A stretch of 64,000 nt of DNA, from assembly GCA_963827275.1 (NCBI GenBank), contig CAWHAA010000004.1, forward strand, positions 352,001 to 416,000, in the 5' to 3' direction. Made by a program: the position numbers and the translations under genes. The notes under the pieces were generated by a model, which had not been told where the DNA came from, did not search any database, and worked only from the letters and a program-made list of their open reading frames with translations. Of this stretch, positions 11,820 to 21,825 are shown in pieces. Each line of letters begins with the position of its first letter. Positions within the stretch are counted from its first letter, which is position 1. This DNA is from an uncultured Spirochaetota bacterium (lineage in GTDB: Bacteria > Spirochaetota > UBA4802 > UBA5550).

Positions 11820-12368
11820 ATGGTAATCAGCATAAATAAAAAAGCTCAGGAGCTCAGGCTCAAAACCCCGGACCTGATCACCCGGCATGTCGGCCGCGTC
11901 ATGTATGATTCGATCAGGAAGACCGTTGAGGCCGTCAATGACGGCGAGACACTGGTGCTCGATTTCGGGGGGATCAAGGTCATTGATTCGTCGTTTATCG
12001 ACGAGATGCTGGTCAGGCTGATACTCGATTCGCGTTCGCCGGAGCGGCCTTTCTTCGTGAGGCTGAAGAACGTATCTGAAATCGCTGAAATCAACATAGA
12101 CCTCGTGTTCCGCTCCTATTCAAATTATAAAAATAAAAAAATAGTTGTAATAACCGAAAACATCTGTCAGAATAATTCGTTCTTTATCGGGCCGCTGTCG
12201 GACCGGGAACGGGACATTCTGGCATACCTGAGGGTGAACAAGTCCATTACCGTGGATGACGTTGCCGCTTTTACCGGACGACCCGGGGAAGAAGCAAAAA
12301 AAATAATGGACGAGCTGTACGCGATGCGCGCGGCGAGGGACCTCGACGGCGTGTATTTTTCGGTATAG
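11820..12368 (+). CDS. STAS-like (DUF4325-type) protein with probable C-terminal winged HTH
   Basis: LVLDFGGIKVIDSSFIDE; C-terminal DILAYLRVNKSITVDDVA...AKKIMDELY resembles a wHTH. Confidence 0.72.
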   Translation: MVISINKKAQELRLKTPDLITRHVGRVMYDSIRKTVEAVNDGETLVLDFGGIKVIDSSFIDEMLVRLILDSRSPERPFFVRLKNVSEIAEINIDLVFRSYSNYKNKKIVVITENICQNNSFFIGPLSDRERDILAYLRVNKSITVDDVAAFTGRPGEEAKKIMDELYAMRAARDLDGVYFSV

Positions 12369-12416
12369 CCCGGTGCGGTCCGGAGCATCCCTTACGAAAA
12401 ACGGGTGGAGCAGCGG

Positions 12417-12914
12417 ATGAAGCCGCAAGAAAAAAACATCAGCAGGGTAAAAGACGACAGCCTCTACGGGCTCCTCTCCTCCTATAAATCAAATTATACC
12501 TATTTCCGGATCCTTGTCTCCGAGGCGGATGATTCGATCCTGGTCCAGCTGACCGACAATCCGAAGAATTTCGAGCCGGCGCCGGGAGAACGGTATGTAA
12601 ACTACCGGCCGCTCAGAAGGCTCGAGGTTGGCGTGACGAGGCTGTTCCTGAAATACCTGGTGCCGGCAAACCTCGTCGCGGTACTGGGCCCGCTCCTGGA
12701 ATTCAACATCCCGCCGGACAGGGTCGTGATCACCGACAGCATCAGGAAAAGCGGCATCTACGCCATTGAAACGAATGTGAAGCACAGGATGAAGATCATT
12801 CAGGGGGTGCGCAAAATCCTCAACATGAGCCCCCAGAAAAAATATGAGATAGTGGAAAAATATCTTTCCGGCAACCAGGAAAAACACCATGACCGAACAG
12901 AACGATTCATTTAG
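12417..12914 (+). CDS. Hypothetical protein
   Basis: ~165-aa ORF, co-oriented and overlapping the next gene; no recognised motif; start uncertain (12405 or 12417). Confidence 0.6.
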   Translation: MKPQEKNISRVKDDSLYGLLSSYKSNYTYFRILVSEADDSILVQLTDNPKNFEPAPGERYVNYRPLRRLEVGVTRLFLKYLVPANLVAVLGPLLEFNIPPDRVVITDSIRKSGIYAIETNVKHRMKIIQGVRKILNMSPQKKYEIVEKYLSGNQEKHHDRTERFI

Positions 12915-13911
12915 CGAGAAATCCCGGCAGGTCGACAGGGCGATGAGGTATACCCACGGGGACATCATCAAGGCCAAGGAGATGGTTTCCGGCCAGTACC
13001 TTGATGTCATGGTGGTGAAGGGGAAATTCCTTATTGAAAAGAAGGGGATATCCGGCATGTTTCTGGCGTTTTTCAACTATATCCAGGAGTATATCCCCTG
13101 CGTGGAAGCAATCATATCGTCCAAGCCGGTACTGTTCGAGAAGACGCGGATCTTCGACGACTGGAAGGTCCTCAACAAGGACATCGAGGCCTACAAGGGC
13201 AGCCCCGACATGATGGATTCGCATAATTTCACCTATTTCCTGATAGATTCATTCATCGGGTACGACGTATTTCCTGATGTGCAGGAGAATAATATCGCGG
13301 GCCTGACGAAAACAATCACGGAGATCATTGCCAGGTCGTTCAATGCCGCTGCCATCAAATGCCAGGTCGAGACGGAAACCTCCAGCTCGCTTGCGCTCGA
13401 CCTTGCCGGGGTGACCATCGAGCTGCCCGGCGCCGAGGCCCAGGAGGAGAAGGTCCTCACCGAGGAAGACCAGCGCATCGTGAATATCGAGAAGGAGGCG
13501 AAGTATGTCGTCGAGGGTAAGGCCATCCTCTCGCCGGTCCGCGGGAAAAACGCGAGCGACCTGGCCCCCGGTGACAAGATCAGGGTCATGCTTTCCGGGA
13601 ACGACCTGGTGACGGCAAAAATTCTGAAGCTGCTGAATGCGTATGATCCAGACGGCTCGCGCCTTCCGATCACCGGCAGGATAAAGGCGCGGGTGCCGAT
13701 GGAAAAGGGAGGCTACATGCTGTACGCGTTCGTGGCCAAGGGGGCCCTGGCGAAGATATTCGAGGAGGAGAATGTCAAAATTATGGTCGATGCCCCGCAG
13801 GATGAATTCGCGCAAACCACCCCCCGGTTTGACAGGTGGCTGATATATGTCCTCGCCCTGCTGCTCGGGCTCATCGTGCTGAGCGGAATAGTCCTCCTGC
13901 AGATACTGTGA
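12889..13911 (+). CDS. Hypothetical protein with C-terminal membrane anchor
   Basis: 340 aa; UBA-like N-terminus (VDRAMRYTHGDIIKAKEM); ILSPVRGK...LAPGDKIRV segment; single hydrophobic helix at the C-terminus. Confidence 0.7.
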   Translation: MTEQNDSFSEKSRQVDRAMRYTHGDIIKAKEMVSGQYLDVMVVKGKFLIEKKGISGMFLAFFNYIQEYIPCVEAIISSKPVLFEKTRIFDDWKVLNKDIEAYKGSPDMMDSHNFTYFLIDSFIGYDVFPDVQENNIAGLTKTITEIIARSFNAAAIKCQVETETSSSLALDLAGVTIELPGAEAQEEKVLTEEDQRIVNIEKEAKYVVEGKAILSPVRGKNASDLAPGDKIRVMLSGNDLVTAKILKLLNAYDPDGSRLPITGRIKARVPMEKGGYMLYAFVAKGALAKIFEEENVKIMVDAPQDEFAQTTPRFDRWLIYVLALLLGLIVLSGIVLLQIL

Positions 13912-13913
13912 GC

Positions 13914-14801
13914 ATGACCATGGACGGGAAGGCCGCGCGCGCACTCCTGTTTTTCCTCCTTCCGGCGCTTTTCGCGCAGATGCCGGACTGGAAGTACTTC
14001 AGGGACCGGCAGGGCAACGCCTATTTTTTTGACCAGGCGGGGAAGATCCATATCACCGATGCCGTTGAGTACAGGTACCGGCCGGTATCTCCGGCGGGCA
14101 TCGATTATTTCCTGGAGTATGCGACCACCCTCATCAATGAGCACCGCCCCGCCGAGGGGATCTCCGTGCTCAAGTCGATATGCGCGCTCCCGGCCGGCAA
14201 CAACCGGATCGTGCGGGCGCAGAAGCGGGCAGCGGAGCTTCTCAACGCCTTGAAAAGGAGAAATGGCCCGCGGTTTGACGCGATGAATGAATCGTCGTCG
14301 CTGATCCTTTACAGCCTTGACGGCGCCACCACGGTCATCAATGACCGGATGCGGTATTCATTCAGGGCCCCCGAACGGATCGATGTCGTCCGGAAGCGCG
14401 ACCGGCGGCGCCTTGAATACCGGTACTCGGGGATACAGTTCGGCGTCCGGACAGCGGGAAATGCCGCCGCGTCCGGCGGCGCCTATGATTTCCTTGTTGC
14501 GGTGGACAGCGAGAAGTTTTCCGTCCCCCTGCGGGACCTGTCCGAGGCGGTTGACGTGTGGAGGGGAACTATCGGGCACCAGGGCCTTACGCGTGAGGTG
14601 CTGGAGCAGGCGGCGGACCGGGTCCTGTACCTCTTCAAAAGCGGCGATCGTCCCGATTACGCGGGTATCGAGGGGATTATTTTCAACGGGAAGTACAGCC
14701 ATTACGTCCGCATCATCGCTTCCGGTCCGGGCTACCGCGAATACGGCGGGCTCATGCGGACAATGATACGCGGGTTCACAACCGTTTCCGGCGAGCGGTG
14801 A
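13914..14801 (+). CDS. Hypothetical exported protein
   Basis: Signal peptide ALLFFLLPALFA; starts 2 bp after the previous stop. Confidence 0.65.
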   Translation: MTMDGKAARALLFFLLPALFAQMPDWKYFRDRQGNAYFFDQAGKIHITDAVEYRYRPVSPAGIDYFLEYATTLINEHRPAEGISVLKSICALPAGNNRIVRAQKRAAELLNALKRRNGPRFDAMNESSSLILYSLDGATTVINDRMRYSFRAPERIDVVRKRDRRRLEYRYSGIQFGVRTAGNAAASGGAYDFLVAVDSEKFSVPLRDLSEAVDVWRGTIGHQGLTREVLEQAADRVLYLFKSGDRPDYAGIEGIIFNGKYSHYVRIIASGPGYREYGGLMRTMIRGFTTVSGER

Positions 14802-14806
14802 GCGCC

Positions 14807-15274
14807 CTATGCGCCGGTATATTCAAGCGCGCTCTCATTGCAGGTTTCCTGCCTCGTGCAGTTGATGCAGTCCTTCCAGATTTTTTCCGGCAGCGTGTCC
14901 ATGTTGATGGCGGAAAACCCGTTTTTTTCGAAGAACGCGGGCGCGTAGGTGAGGACAAAGATTTTCGGATTGTTCCCGCCCGTGAGCCCCGCTATGAGCC
15001 TGTGCAGAAGCGCTGACCCGATGCCGCGCCGCAGGTATTTCTTTGCAACGGCGAGGGAGCGGACCTCTTTTAAATGGTCCCCGTAGTCATAAAACGTGAT
15101 AACGCCTGCGACCGCCCCGTGTATATCGGCGACAAGGTAATTATGCAGGTTGTCGTGTATATCGTCAATGCTGCGGGAGAGAAGAATGCCTTCCTCGGCG
15201 TAGGAGTCTATGATCCGGTATATGGAATCGATGTCCCCCGCGACGGCGTTCCTGACTGAGACGGTTGATTTCAA
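14807..15274 (-). CDS. argA: GNAT N-acetyltransferase, short N-acetylglutamate synthase type
   Basis: LLSRS, EVRSLAV, RRGIGSALL, FVLTY..FFEKNGF, LPEKIWKDCINC. Confidence 0.8.
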   Translation of the reverse strand: MKSTVSVRNAVAGDIDSIYRIIDSYAEEGILLSRSIDDIHDNLHNYLVADIHGAVAGVITFYDYGDHLKEVRSLAVAKKYLRRGIGSALLHRLIAGLTGGNNPKIFVLTYAPAFFEKNGFSAINMDTLPEKIWKDCINCTRQETCNESALEYTGA

Positions 15275-15382
15275 TAATGATCCCTTCGCTTGTTTTACAG
15301 CGTCCGCCGGCGGGCGCGGCCGGCCACTATTTTCAGGTCCGGTCGAGGCCGGGCAGGAGCATCGCTCTGAAAATGAGTGATG

Positions 15383-16000
15383 CTACCTTTTTATAATCAG
15401 GGTGTTTTCCGCAAGCGAATATTTCTTATAACCGGAAATTTTTTTGAGGGCTTCTTTGGCGTCCTCCCCGCTCCGGTAGGGACCGACATATATGCGGTAG
15501 AGGGACTTGTTCCTGGAGAGGATGACCGTGTGGCCCCTGCGGCTGAGGAACCCGGCTATCTTTTTGGACATGTCCCTGTCGTGCTCACTGGTCACCCGGA
15601 TGACATAGGGATAGCTCGTTTTGGGGAAGAGGTTGTCCTGCTGCGCCGGTACGGAGGGCGCTTCATTCGCGAGGAGAGAGAAGTTTCTGCCGATGTCCGC
15701 CACCGCATTGAAGGTCTTCTTGTCGACAATCTCGCGCTGGGCGCCGCCGGTGAATTTGATGCCGATCACGATACCGGCGGTAAATGATATGATGCAGAGC
15801 GCCGTGATGAAGAAGAACGTCCTGCTTGCCTTCTTCCTGATCCGTTCCGCCTCCCGCGGGGTGTTCTGGGCGACCCGGGGAAAATATTCCGGGTCAAAGT
15901 CGTCGGCGAAATGCGGCGGTACGGTCCGTATATTTTTTCTTTCATAAAAGTCGATATTTTGCATGATCATGGCCTCATCAGGATGATATCCGGGCGACAT
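15383..16000 (-). CDS. SPOR-domain membrane-anchored protein
   Basis: One TM helix (FFFITALCIISFTAGIVIGI); C-terminal LYRIYVGPY..EDAKEALKKI SPOR signature; start uncertain. Confidence 0.75.
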   Translation of the reverse strand: MSPGYHPDEAMIMQNIDFYERKNIRTVPPHFADDFDPEYFPRVAQNTPREAERIRKKASRTFFFITALCIISFTAGIVIGIKFTGGAQREIVDKKTFNAVADIGRNFSLLANEAPSVPAQQDNLFPKTSYPYVIRVTSEHDRDMSKKIAGFLSRRGHTVILSRNKSLYRIYVGPYRSGEDAKEALKKISGYKKYSLAENTLIIKR

Positions 16001-16162
16001 ATTCTCCTTTAAAATTCGACATTGTTGGATAATTGCATAAGAAATAAATTTCTGTCCCGGACAAAATGACTGGCGCACGGCGGGAAGCGGGTGCGGTATA
16101 AATTCCAGGACACAGGTTTTTTTTCTTGATTCGCAGGGGGTTTGTTCTATAAGATTGGCGTC

Positions 16163-16516
16163 ATGATTGAAATTACCGATAACGGCTCATATTTCACGAT
16201 ATCGATCAAGATCGAGGAACTGGATTTCATCAAGACCCCGAAGTTCTCCGACTACATGAAGGAGAAACTGAATGAGATGAGCTATCCCAACATCATTCTC
16301 GACCTCGAAAAGCTGTATTATATCGATTCGACGGGATTGAGCTTCCTGATCAATATCAGCCGCAAGATCAGGGAGAGCAGCAATGAAATGGTGGTGGTAT
16401 GCTCCAGCGCAAAGATTCTGCAGCTTTTTGATATAGCGAAAATAGGCATGTTTTTTAAAATATTCGACACAATTGAAAACGCGGAGATGTATCTGGTTTC
16501 AAGAAAGGGGATATAA
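16163..16516 (+). CDS. Anti-sigma-factor antagonist (STAS domain)
   Basis: IILDLEKLYYIDSTGL with the phosphorylatable Ser. Confidence 0.88.
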   Translation: MIEITDNGSYFTISIKIEELDFIKTPKFSDYMKEKLNEMSYPNIILDLEKLYYIDSTGLSFLINISRKIRESSNEMVVVCSSAKILQLFDIAKIGMFFKIFDTIENAEMYLVSRKGI

Positions 16517-16542
16517 TCAAGCGTTCACCCCGCCTGTCGTGG

Positions 16543-17265
16543 TTACAGTCCCGCCATTTTTCTTAGCGTCCTCAGCTCGGCTTCAGTCAAAACCCGGCAC
16601 GATCCCTTTCGCAGCCTGCTCATCCTGAGAGAACCATACGCGGTCCGTTCGAGGCTCTTTATCCGGTACCCGAGGTTTGAGAAGGTGTAGCGTATCTGAC
16701 GGTTTTTCCCCTCGGTCAGCACGATCCTGACCAGCAGGCGTCGCTCGTCAACGCATTCCGCCTCGGCCGGCCGTGTCTTTATGTCAAGCTGGGGGATATA
16801 GATTCCCTTGCAGATGGCGAGGCGGTCAGCGTCCTCGAGGGGACGGTCAATCTCGGCCAGGTACTCTTTTGGAATGTGAAAATCAGGCTTCGTGAGGCGA
16901 TAGGCGAGATCGCCGTCGTTTGTCAGGAAGAGCAGCCCCGAGGTGTCGCGGTCAAGCCGCCCGACCGGATACACGCCCGAGCGCTTGAATTTTTCCGGGA
17001 CCAGGTCCATGACCGTGGGCCGGTTCTTTTCGTCGCTGACCGTGGTTATGTAGCCGCGCGGCTTGTTCAGGAGGAGGTAGTGGCGCCGCTCGAACGGCGC
17101 GACCGGAGAGCCGTCCAGCGTGACGCGGTCGCCCGGGAGGACGACCGTCGACAGGACCGCCTTCGCGCCGTTGACGCGGACCCTGCCGGAGGTGATCAGG
17201 GCCTCAACATTCCTCCTGGACCCGAGGCCGCACGACGCGAGATATTTATTCAGGCGTGTTTCCAT
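16543..17265 (-). CDS. rRNA pseudouridine synthase (RluB/RsuA family) with S4 domain
   Basis: RLNKYLA..G.GSRR, NKPRG, VGRLDRDTSGL, EGKNRQIR. Confidence 0.93.
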   Translation of the reverse strand: METRLNKYLASCGLGSRRNVEALITSGRVRVNGAKAVLSTVVLPGDRVTLDGSPVAPFERRHYLLLNKPRGYITTVSDEKNRPTVMDLVPEKFKRSGVYPVGRLDRDTSGLLFLTNDGDLAYRLTKPDFHIPKEYLAEIDRPLEDADRLAICKGIYIPQLDIKTRPAEAECVDERRLLVRIVLTEGKNRQIRYTFSNLGYRIKSLERTAYGSLRMSRLRKGSCRVLTEAELRTLRKMAGL

Positions 17266-17989
17266 TAACGGTGGCCCCCTTTTTCGGCGGGGCCGTCTTG
17301 GTTATTTCAGGCTCCGGGCTGACCTCCATTGATATCTTGGTGAACCTGAGCTCGAAGTCCTTCATTCCTTTCTTTATGATAAAATCATTACCGCGCTTCA
17401 CCAGGTCAAGGTTGCTTTTGAATGAAGTCCCGCCGGAGAATTCGATCTCGTTTTTTTTGAAATTGACCTTATAAGTGCCAGTGAGTTGCCGCTCTTCGCC
17501 GCCCTTCAGGTATGACCGGTACGCGCCACTGTCGTATATCTCAAGGCAGTGCTCGGTGAAATCGCCGAACTCGTTTGTGCTCCACCATTTTCCCGCGAGG
17601 TAGTGCCGGATCCTGGTCATCTCGCCTTCCATGAAACTGGAGACTTCCCGGTCCATGGCGTCCCTGCCGGCGGAATAGTGTATCGAGATATTCTGGCCGA
17701 AGACCCATCCCGTGCTGCTGTCCTTTACGCGTATCCTGTACCAGTAATCACTTGACCGGCCGACCCAGCCCTTTTCCCTGGATTTCTCGAGCACCTGGAC
17801 GCTTGTTCCCTTGCCAAGCGTTGTGACGATACCGGCGAAGATCATCGGGTCGATCCTTACCGCGGTGTTTTCCTTCAAAACAATGCCGTAGGTGTCTTTT
17901 GTGATTACAGCGTCCCTGTTCCCGCAGGAAAGGGAGAGTACGAGCGCAAGCAGCGCCGTGATCGCTATCCAGTTTTTTCCGGTTCTCAT
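17246..17989 (-). CDS. SH3-domain lipoprotein
   Basis: Lipobox LSLSC; bacterial SH3 pattern (VR.DP...WYRIRV...GWVFG). Confidence 0.78.
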   Translation of the reverse strand: MRTGKNWIAITALLALVLSLSCGNRDAVITKDTYGIVLKENTAVRIDPMIFAGIVTTLGKGTSVQVLEKSREKGWVGRSSDYWYRIRVKDSSTGWVFGQNISIHYSAGRDAMDREVSSFMEGEMTRIRHYLAGKWWSTNEFGDFTEHCLEIYDSGAYRSYLKGGEERQLTGTYKVNFKKNEIEFSGGTSFKSNLDLVKRGNDFIIKKGMKDFELRFTKISMEVSPEPEITKTAPPKKGATVNGNTPE

Positions 17990-18260
17990 GGTGTTCACGT
18001 CCTTTTATCCAGCCGGTGTTTATAAAAATCCGTGTCAGCCTAATTTTCAAGTATTTTCTTCCAAGCGCTCTTTTTTATTGATTAAAATGGGAGACCGGGA
18101 TTTTTTATTGCGGGCGGTCAATTATGGCATGTCCCTGTTGAAATTCTCTTGACGACTGGCGCTCATGTTGTACATATAATCAACGGGATGTACCATGCGC
18201 GCGGCATGACGCCGGTGCGGATACGACTGTTATCATCTGGGGGAATGGATAGATACGGCA

Positions 18261-18851
18261 ATGCAGGTACGGGAAATTTTCAAGGACAGAATCTTCACCA
18301 TCTCGAATATGCTGACGGCGCTTCGAATTGTTTTGGGGCCGCTCCTTGGATATTTTATCTACAAGGAATCGGTCACCGGCGATCCCTTCTATCTCAAATG
18401 TGAAGTGGCGGTGGTGGTCGGCATCATCCTCTCGGATTTCTTTGACGGAAAGCTCGCACGGTGTATGAACCAGGTGACGAAACTGGGACAGTACATGGAT
18501 CCCATTGCCGACAAGTTCGCCGCGCTCATAGCCATGACGTTCCTTGTCCTGTTCAAGGGATTCCCCCTCTGGGTATACATCTTCGCCCTCGCGCGCGAGA
18601 TTCTTGCCGTCATCGCAGGGATATTGCTCTACATGAAAAGGGACATCGAAGTCAGGCCGAATATTTTTGGCAAGCTCTGCGCGGGCGCCCTGGCCTTTTC
18701 CGGCGCCGTCTATGTGATGAACCTTGACTACGCGGTCGGCGGCGTCACCCTCAAACAATTCTCCATTTTTCTGGTCGTCATGTTTTACGTGCTTGGAGGG
18801 GTCCTGTACGTAAAGACCTATGCGCGGAGCCGTCGTGAAAAAAAGGCTTAG
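18261..18851 (+). CDS. pgsA: CDP-alcohol phosphatidyltransferase (PgsA-like)
   Basis: SNMLTALR, SDFFDGKLAR...LGQYMDPIADK. Confidence 0.85.
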   Translation: MQVREIFKDRIFTISNMLTALRIVLGPLLGYFIYKESVTGDPFYLKCEVAVVVGIILSDFFDGKLARCMNQVTKLGQYMDPIADKFAALIAMTFLVLFKGFPLWVYIFALAREILAVIAGILLYMKRDIEVRPNIFGKLCAGALAFSGAVYVMNLDYAVGGVTLKQFSIFLVVMFYVLGGVLYVKTYARSRREKKA

Positions 18852-20007
18852 AAGCGGTTTCTTCCTGGCGCTTTTTTTCCTTCTCGCACTCCCGGCATAT
18901 CCCGAATCGGAACGTATCGGCATCATACGCTTCCAGAATCATGAGTACCTCGCCCTGGATGAAATCGTAGCGCGATCGGGATTCGAGCATTCATTTGACA
19001 TGATTTCCGGGAAGGGTCGGCTCTACCTGAAAAATCATCACGCGGTGTATGGCGTCGGGCTGTCGGTGGTGCTGGTCGATGGCGGCCTGTACAAGTCCTC
19101 CGTGCCGGTGTGCCGCAGGGCGGGGCGTGTCCTTATCCCGGTGGATGCCGCGCAGGAGATACTACAAAGCTTCCGGCCGGGGGTCCGGGTGAGGCGGGAC
19201 CGTTCGGCATTATACGCGGATCTCTTACAGGAAGAGAAAGCGCCGCAGGGCGGGAAAGAGGAGAGGGCCGTCCCCGCATCAAATGACCGGATCCGCTTTA
19301 TCGTCATCGACGCGGGCCATGGAGGCAAGGACCCCGGTGCGGTCGGTAAGGGCGGCCTCAAAGAGAAGGATATAACCCTTGCGGTGGCGAAACTCGTTGA
19401 GAAAAAAATAAAAAAGGATTACCCGGACCTGAAGGTCGCGGTCACGCGCCGGGATGACCGGTTTGTGGAGCTTTCACGGCGGACGGATATCGCCAACAGG
19501 CTGCTGAAGAAAAGCGATAACGGGCTTTTCCTGAGCATCCACGTCAATTCGTCCCTCTCAAGCCGCATAGCCGGCTACGAGACATATTTTCTCTCCCAGA
19601 ACCCCACCAACGAGGAGGCGAGGAATACGGCCGCACTGGAAAACAATGTCATTGTCCTCGAGAAAAAACCGGTGGGGAAAAAATCCCGCGATGACGTCGA
19701 TTACATCGAGGCCATGATGATCACGACCCAGATCCAGAAAGAAAGCTCGGCCCTTGCGGCATCCATACAGAACGGCCTTGCGAAAAAAATAAGGGCCTTC
19801 GGGTCGCGCGGGGTGAAAAAGGCCGATTTTTTCGTGCTGCGCGGTGTGCTGATGCCGGCTGCCCTGGTTGAAATCGGGTACATCTCAAACCAGAAAGAGG
19901 CCCGCTATCTGAAAAAGGACGCGCACCGGCAAACGGTCGCTGACGGGATCGCGGAGGGCGTGGGGCTGTTCATTAAAAAATACAACAGCCTTATAAGGGT
20001 AAATTGA
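18835..20007 (+). CDS. N-acetylmuramoyl-L-alanine amidase (Amidase_3)
   Basis: IDAGHGGKDPGA, EKDITL, SIHVNS, ALVEIGYISN; signal peptide; start uncertain. Confidence 0.93.
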   Translation: MKKRLRSGFFLALFFLLALPAYPESERIGIIRFQNHEYLALDEIVARSGFEHSFDMISGKGRLYLKNHHAVYGVGLSVVLVDGGLYKSSVPVCRRAGRVLIPVDAAQEILQSFRPGVRVRRDRSALYADLLQEEKAPQGGKEERAVPASNDRIRFIVIDAGHGGKDPGAVGKGGLKEKDITLAVAKLVEKKIKKDYPDLKVAVTRRDDRFVELSRRTDIANRLLKKSDNGLFLSIHVNSSLSSRIAGYETYFLSQNPTNEEARNTAALENNVIVLEKKPVGKKSRDDVDYIEAMMITTQIQKESSALAASIQNGLAKKIRAFGSRGVKKADFFVLRGVLMPAALVEIGYISNQKEARYLKKDAHRQTVADGIAEGVGLFIKKYNSLIRVN

Positions 20008-20099
20008 ACGATGCCGCCGCAATCCCGTCCGCCCGTAACAGAAAAAATCCTTGATTCCGGAGGGGGAGTTTCCTACAGTACCGGAAACAGGTGGATGGA

Positions 20100-20786
20100 A
20101 TGACATTTGACAAGAACAGCATGCGCGCCGTCGCGGAAAGGATACAGCAGGCGGCGTCACGAGCGGGGAAACGGGCCGTCGTTTTTTATACGGGCCAGGT
20201 GAAGACCCGCGTCGGGCGCCTGGTTGCCCTGGTGCGGGCCGGGATCGTCGATTACCCGGATAAAAGGGAACGCACCCGGCGGGTAATACTCCTGTTCGCC
20301 TTCCTGTTTTTTTTCGATTACCTGATGTATTGCCTCCATACCGATAAAAACGTCGTCGATATTTTTCCGGAGATCACGCCCCTTGAGCAGGGAAAGAAGG
20401 TCAACGTGTATCTGCCGGACCTGGACGGCGTTACCATCCTTACCGAGCGCCGGTGGATCCCCGCGTACGACAGCGATGAGAAGACAGCGCGGGCGCTGTT
20501 CGAAATAGTGGTCAAGGGATCGATATTCGACAACACGTCTATGGCGGTACCGGGAGGGCTGTTCCTGAGAAAGGTCTGGATACACGGGAAACCGAAGGGG
20601 AAGGACCGGGCCTGCATCTTTGACCTGGAACCGGTTGAGCTCGGCGTGAAAGCCGCGGTCGTGCAGAACTCGGAGGCGCTGTTCCGCCGCGCACTCGAGA
20701 AAACGGTCAGAGAAAACCTGCCATCAATACAGTCTGTCGTGCTGCTGGAAAAAGGCGTCCCCGGGACGCCCCTCTGGGAGCTCTAA
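20100..20786 (+). CDS. Hypothetical membrane-anchored protein (possibly GerMN-like)
   Basis: Single TM (VILLFAFLFFFDYLMY) followed by VNVYLPD...ERRWI; lies downstream of the amidase. Confidence 0.6.
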   Translation: MTFDKNSMRAVAERIQQAASRAGKRAVVFYTGQVKTRVGRLVALVRAGIVDYPDKRERTRRVILLFAFLFFFDYLMYCLHTDKNVVDIFPEITPLEQGKKVNVYLPDLDGVTILTERRWIPAYDSDEKTARALFEIVVKGSIFDNTSMAVPGGLFLRKVWIHGKPKGKDRACIFDLEPVELGVKAAVVQNSEALFRRALEKTVRENLPSIQSVVLLEKGVPGTPLWEL

Positions 20787-21622
20787 CCCGGCCACTCGCC
20801 GCTGAACACACTCATCGCCGGGCCGGTCAGATAGATGCAGTTGTCCCCGTCCCGCCATTCGGTCTTCAGGTCGCCCCCCCTGAGATGTATCAGGATGGAC
20901 CGCTCGGTCAGCCTGTTCATGATGCATGCCGCGGTCACTGCGGACGCGCCGGTGCCGCACGCCAGGGTCTCGCCGGTGCCGCGCTCCCATGTGCGCTGGA
21001 CGACTTCTTTCCGGTTGAGCACTTTTACGAATTCAACGTTTGTCCTGTTCGGGAAGAGCGGGTGGTTTTCCACCAGGGGTCCGTATTTTTCAATCGGGAA
21101 TTTTTCTATCTCCTCGACGAAGATCACCACGTGCGGGTTGCCCATGGATACCGAGGTGATCACGAACTTGGTGCCGTCGTCAAGGTGGAGGGTCTCCCCG
21201 ATGACCATCCCCTGCTCGCCGATCATCGGGATCTTGTCGCGCCGCAGTATCGGCTCGCCCATGTTGATCATGACGCCGGTGACCTTCCTGCCCTTGACCA
21301 TGAGGCTCAGCTTTTTTATCCCAGCGGCGGTTTCGATTTCAAGCTGTTTCCTGGCGGTTATCCTGTTGTCATACAGGTACTTGGCGAAGCAGCGGATGCC
21401 GTTTCCGCACATCTCCGCCTCGCTCCCGTCCGGGTTGAATATCCTCATCCTGAAATCCGCCTCTTTCGAATCGAGGAGAAGGAGAATGCCGTCAGCGCCG
21501 ATCCCGAAATGGCGGTCGCACATCGCGACCGCAAGCTTTTTCGGTGCGGTTATCTTTGACTTCCTGCAATCGATCATGATGAAATCGTTGCCGGTCCCGT
21601 GCATTTTGGTGAATGTGATCAT
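20783..21622 (-). CDS. dapF: Diaminopimelate epimerase
   Basis: KMHGTGNDF, EMCGNGIRC, GNPH, ERGTGETLACGTG. Confidence 0.98.
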   Translation of the reverse strand: MITFTKMHGTGNDFIMIDCRKSKITAPKKLAVAMCDRHFGIGADGILLLLDSKEADFRMRIFNPDGSEAEMCGNGIRCFAKYLYDNRITARKQLEIETAAGIKKLSLMVKGRKVTGVMINMGEPILRRDKIPMIGEQGMVIGETLHLDDGTKFVITSVSMGNPHVVIFVEEIEKFPIEKYGPLVENHPLFPNRTNVEFVKVLNRKEVVQRTWERGTGETLACGTGASAVTAACIMNRLTERSILIHLRGGDLKTEWRDGDNCIYLTGPAMSVFSGEWPG

Positions 21623-21825
21623 GGCTGGTTACCTCTTGCGGGCGGATGAACCGCCGTCCGACGTTGCTCCTCTGCGCCCTGTCTGAGGGGAGCGGCTGTT
21701 AAATTTACATAGACGTACCACACGGGGCATAAAATGTAAAGCCATAAAATTCGATTTCTTACCGCATTTAATCGTTGAGTTGACGGGATGGATTGTACGA
21801 TAGGAATAGTAATGTATACCGCGCT

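Noticed and set aside
20835..21686. Long antisense ORFs opposite dapF, and similar ones opposite lysC, groEL, pfk, rnfCD and the giant lipoprotein
   Set aside because: Shadow frames expected from high GC3 codon bias; no RBS or recognisable domains
21625..21700. Lysine riboswitch upstream of dapF (AGAGGAGC on the minus strand)
   Set aside because: Only ~50 nt separate the motif from the start codon; the ~170-nt aptamer and its other conserved elements are absent
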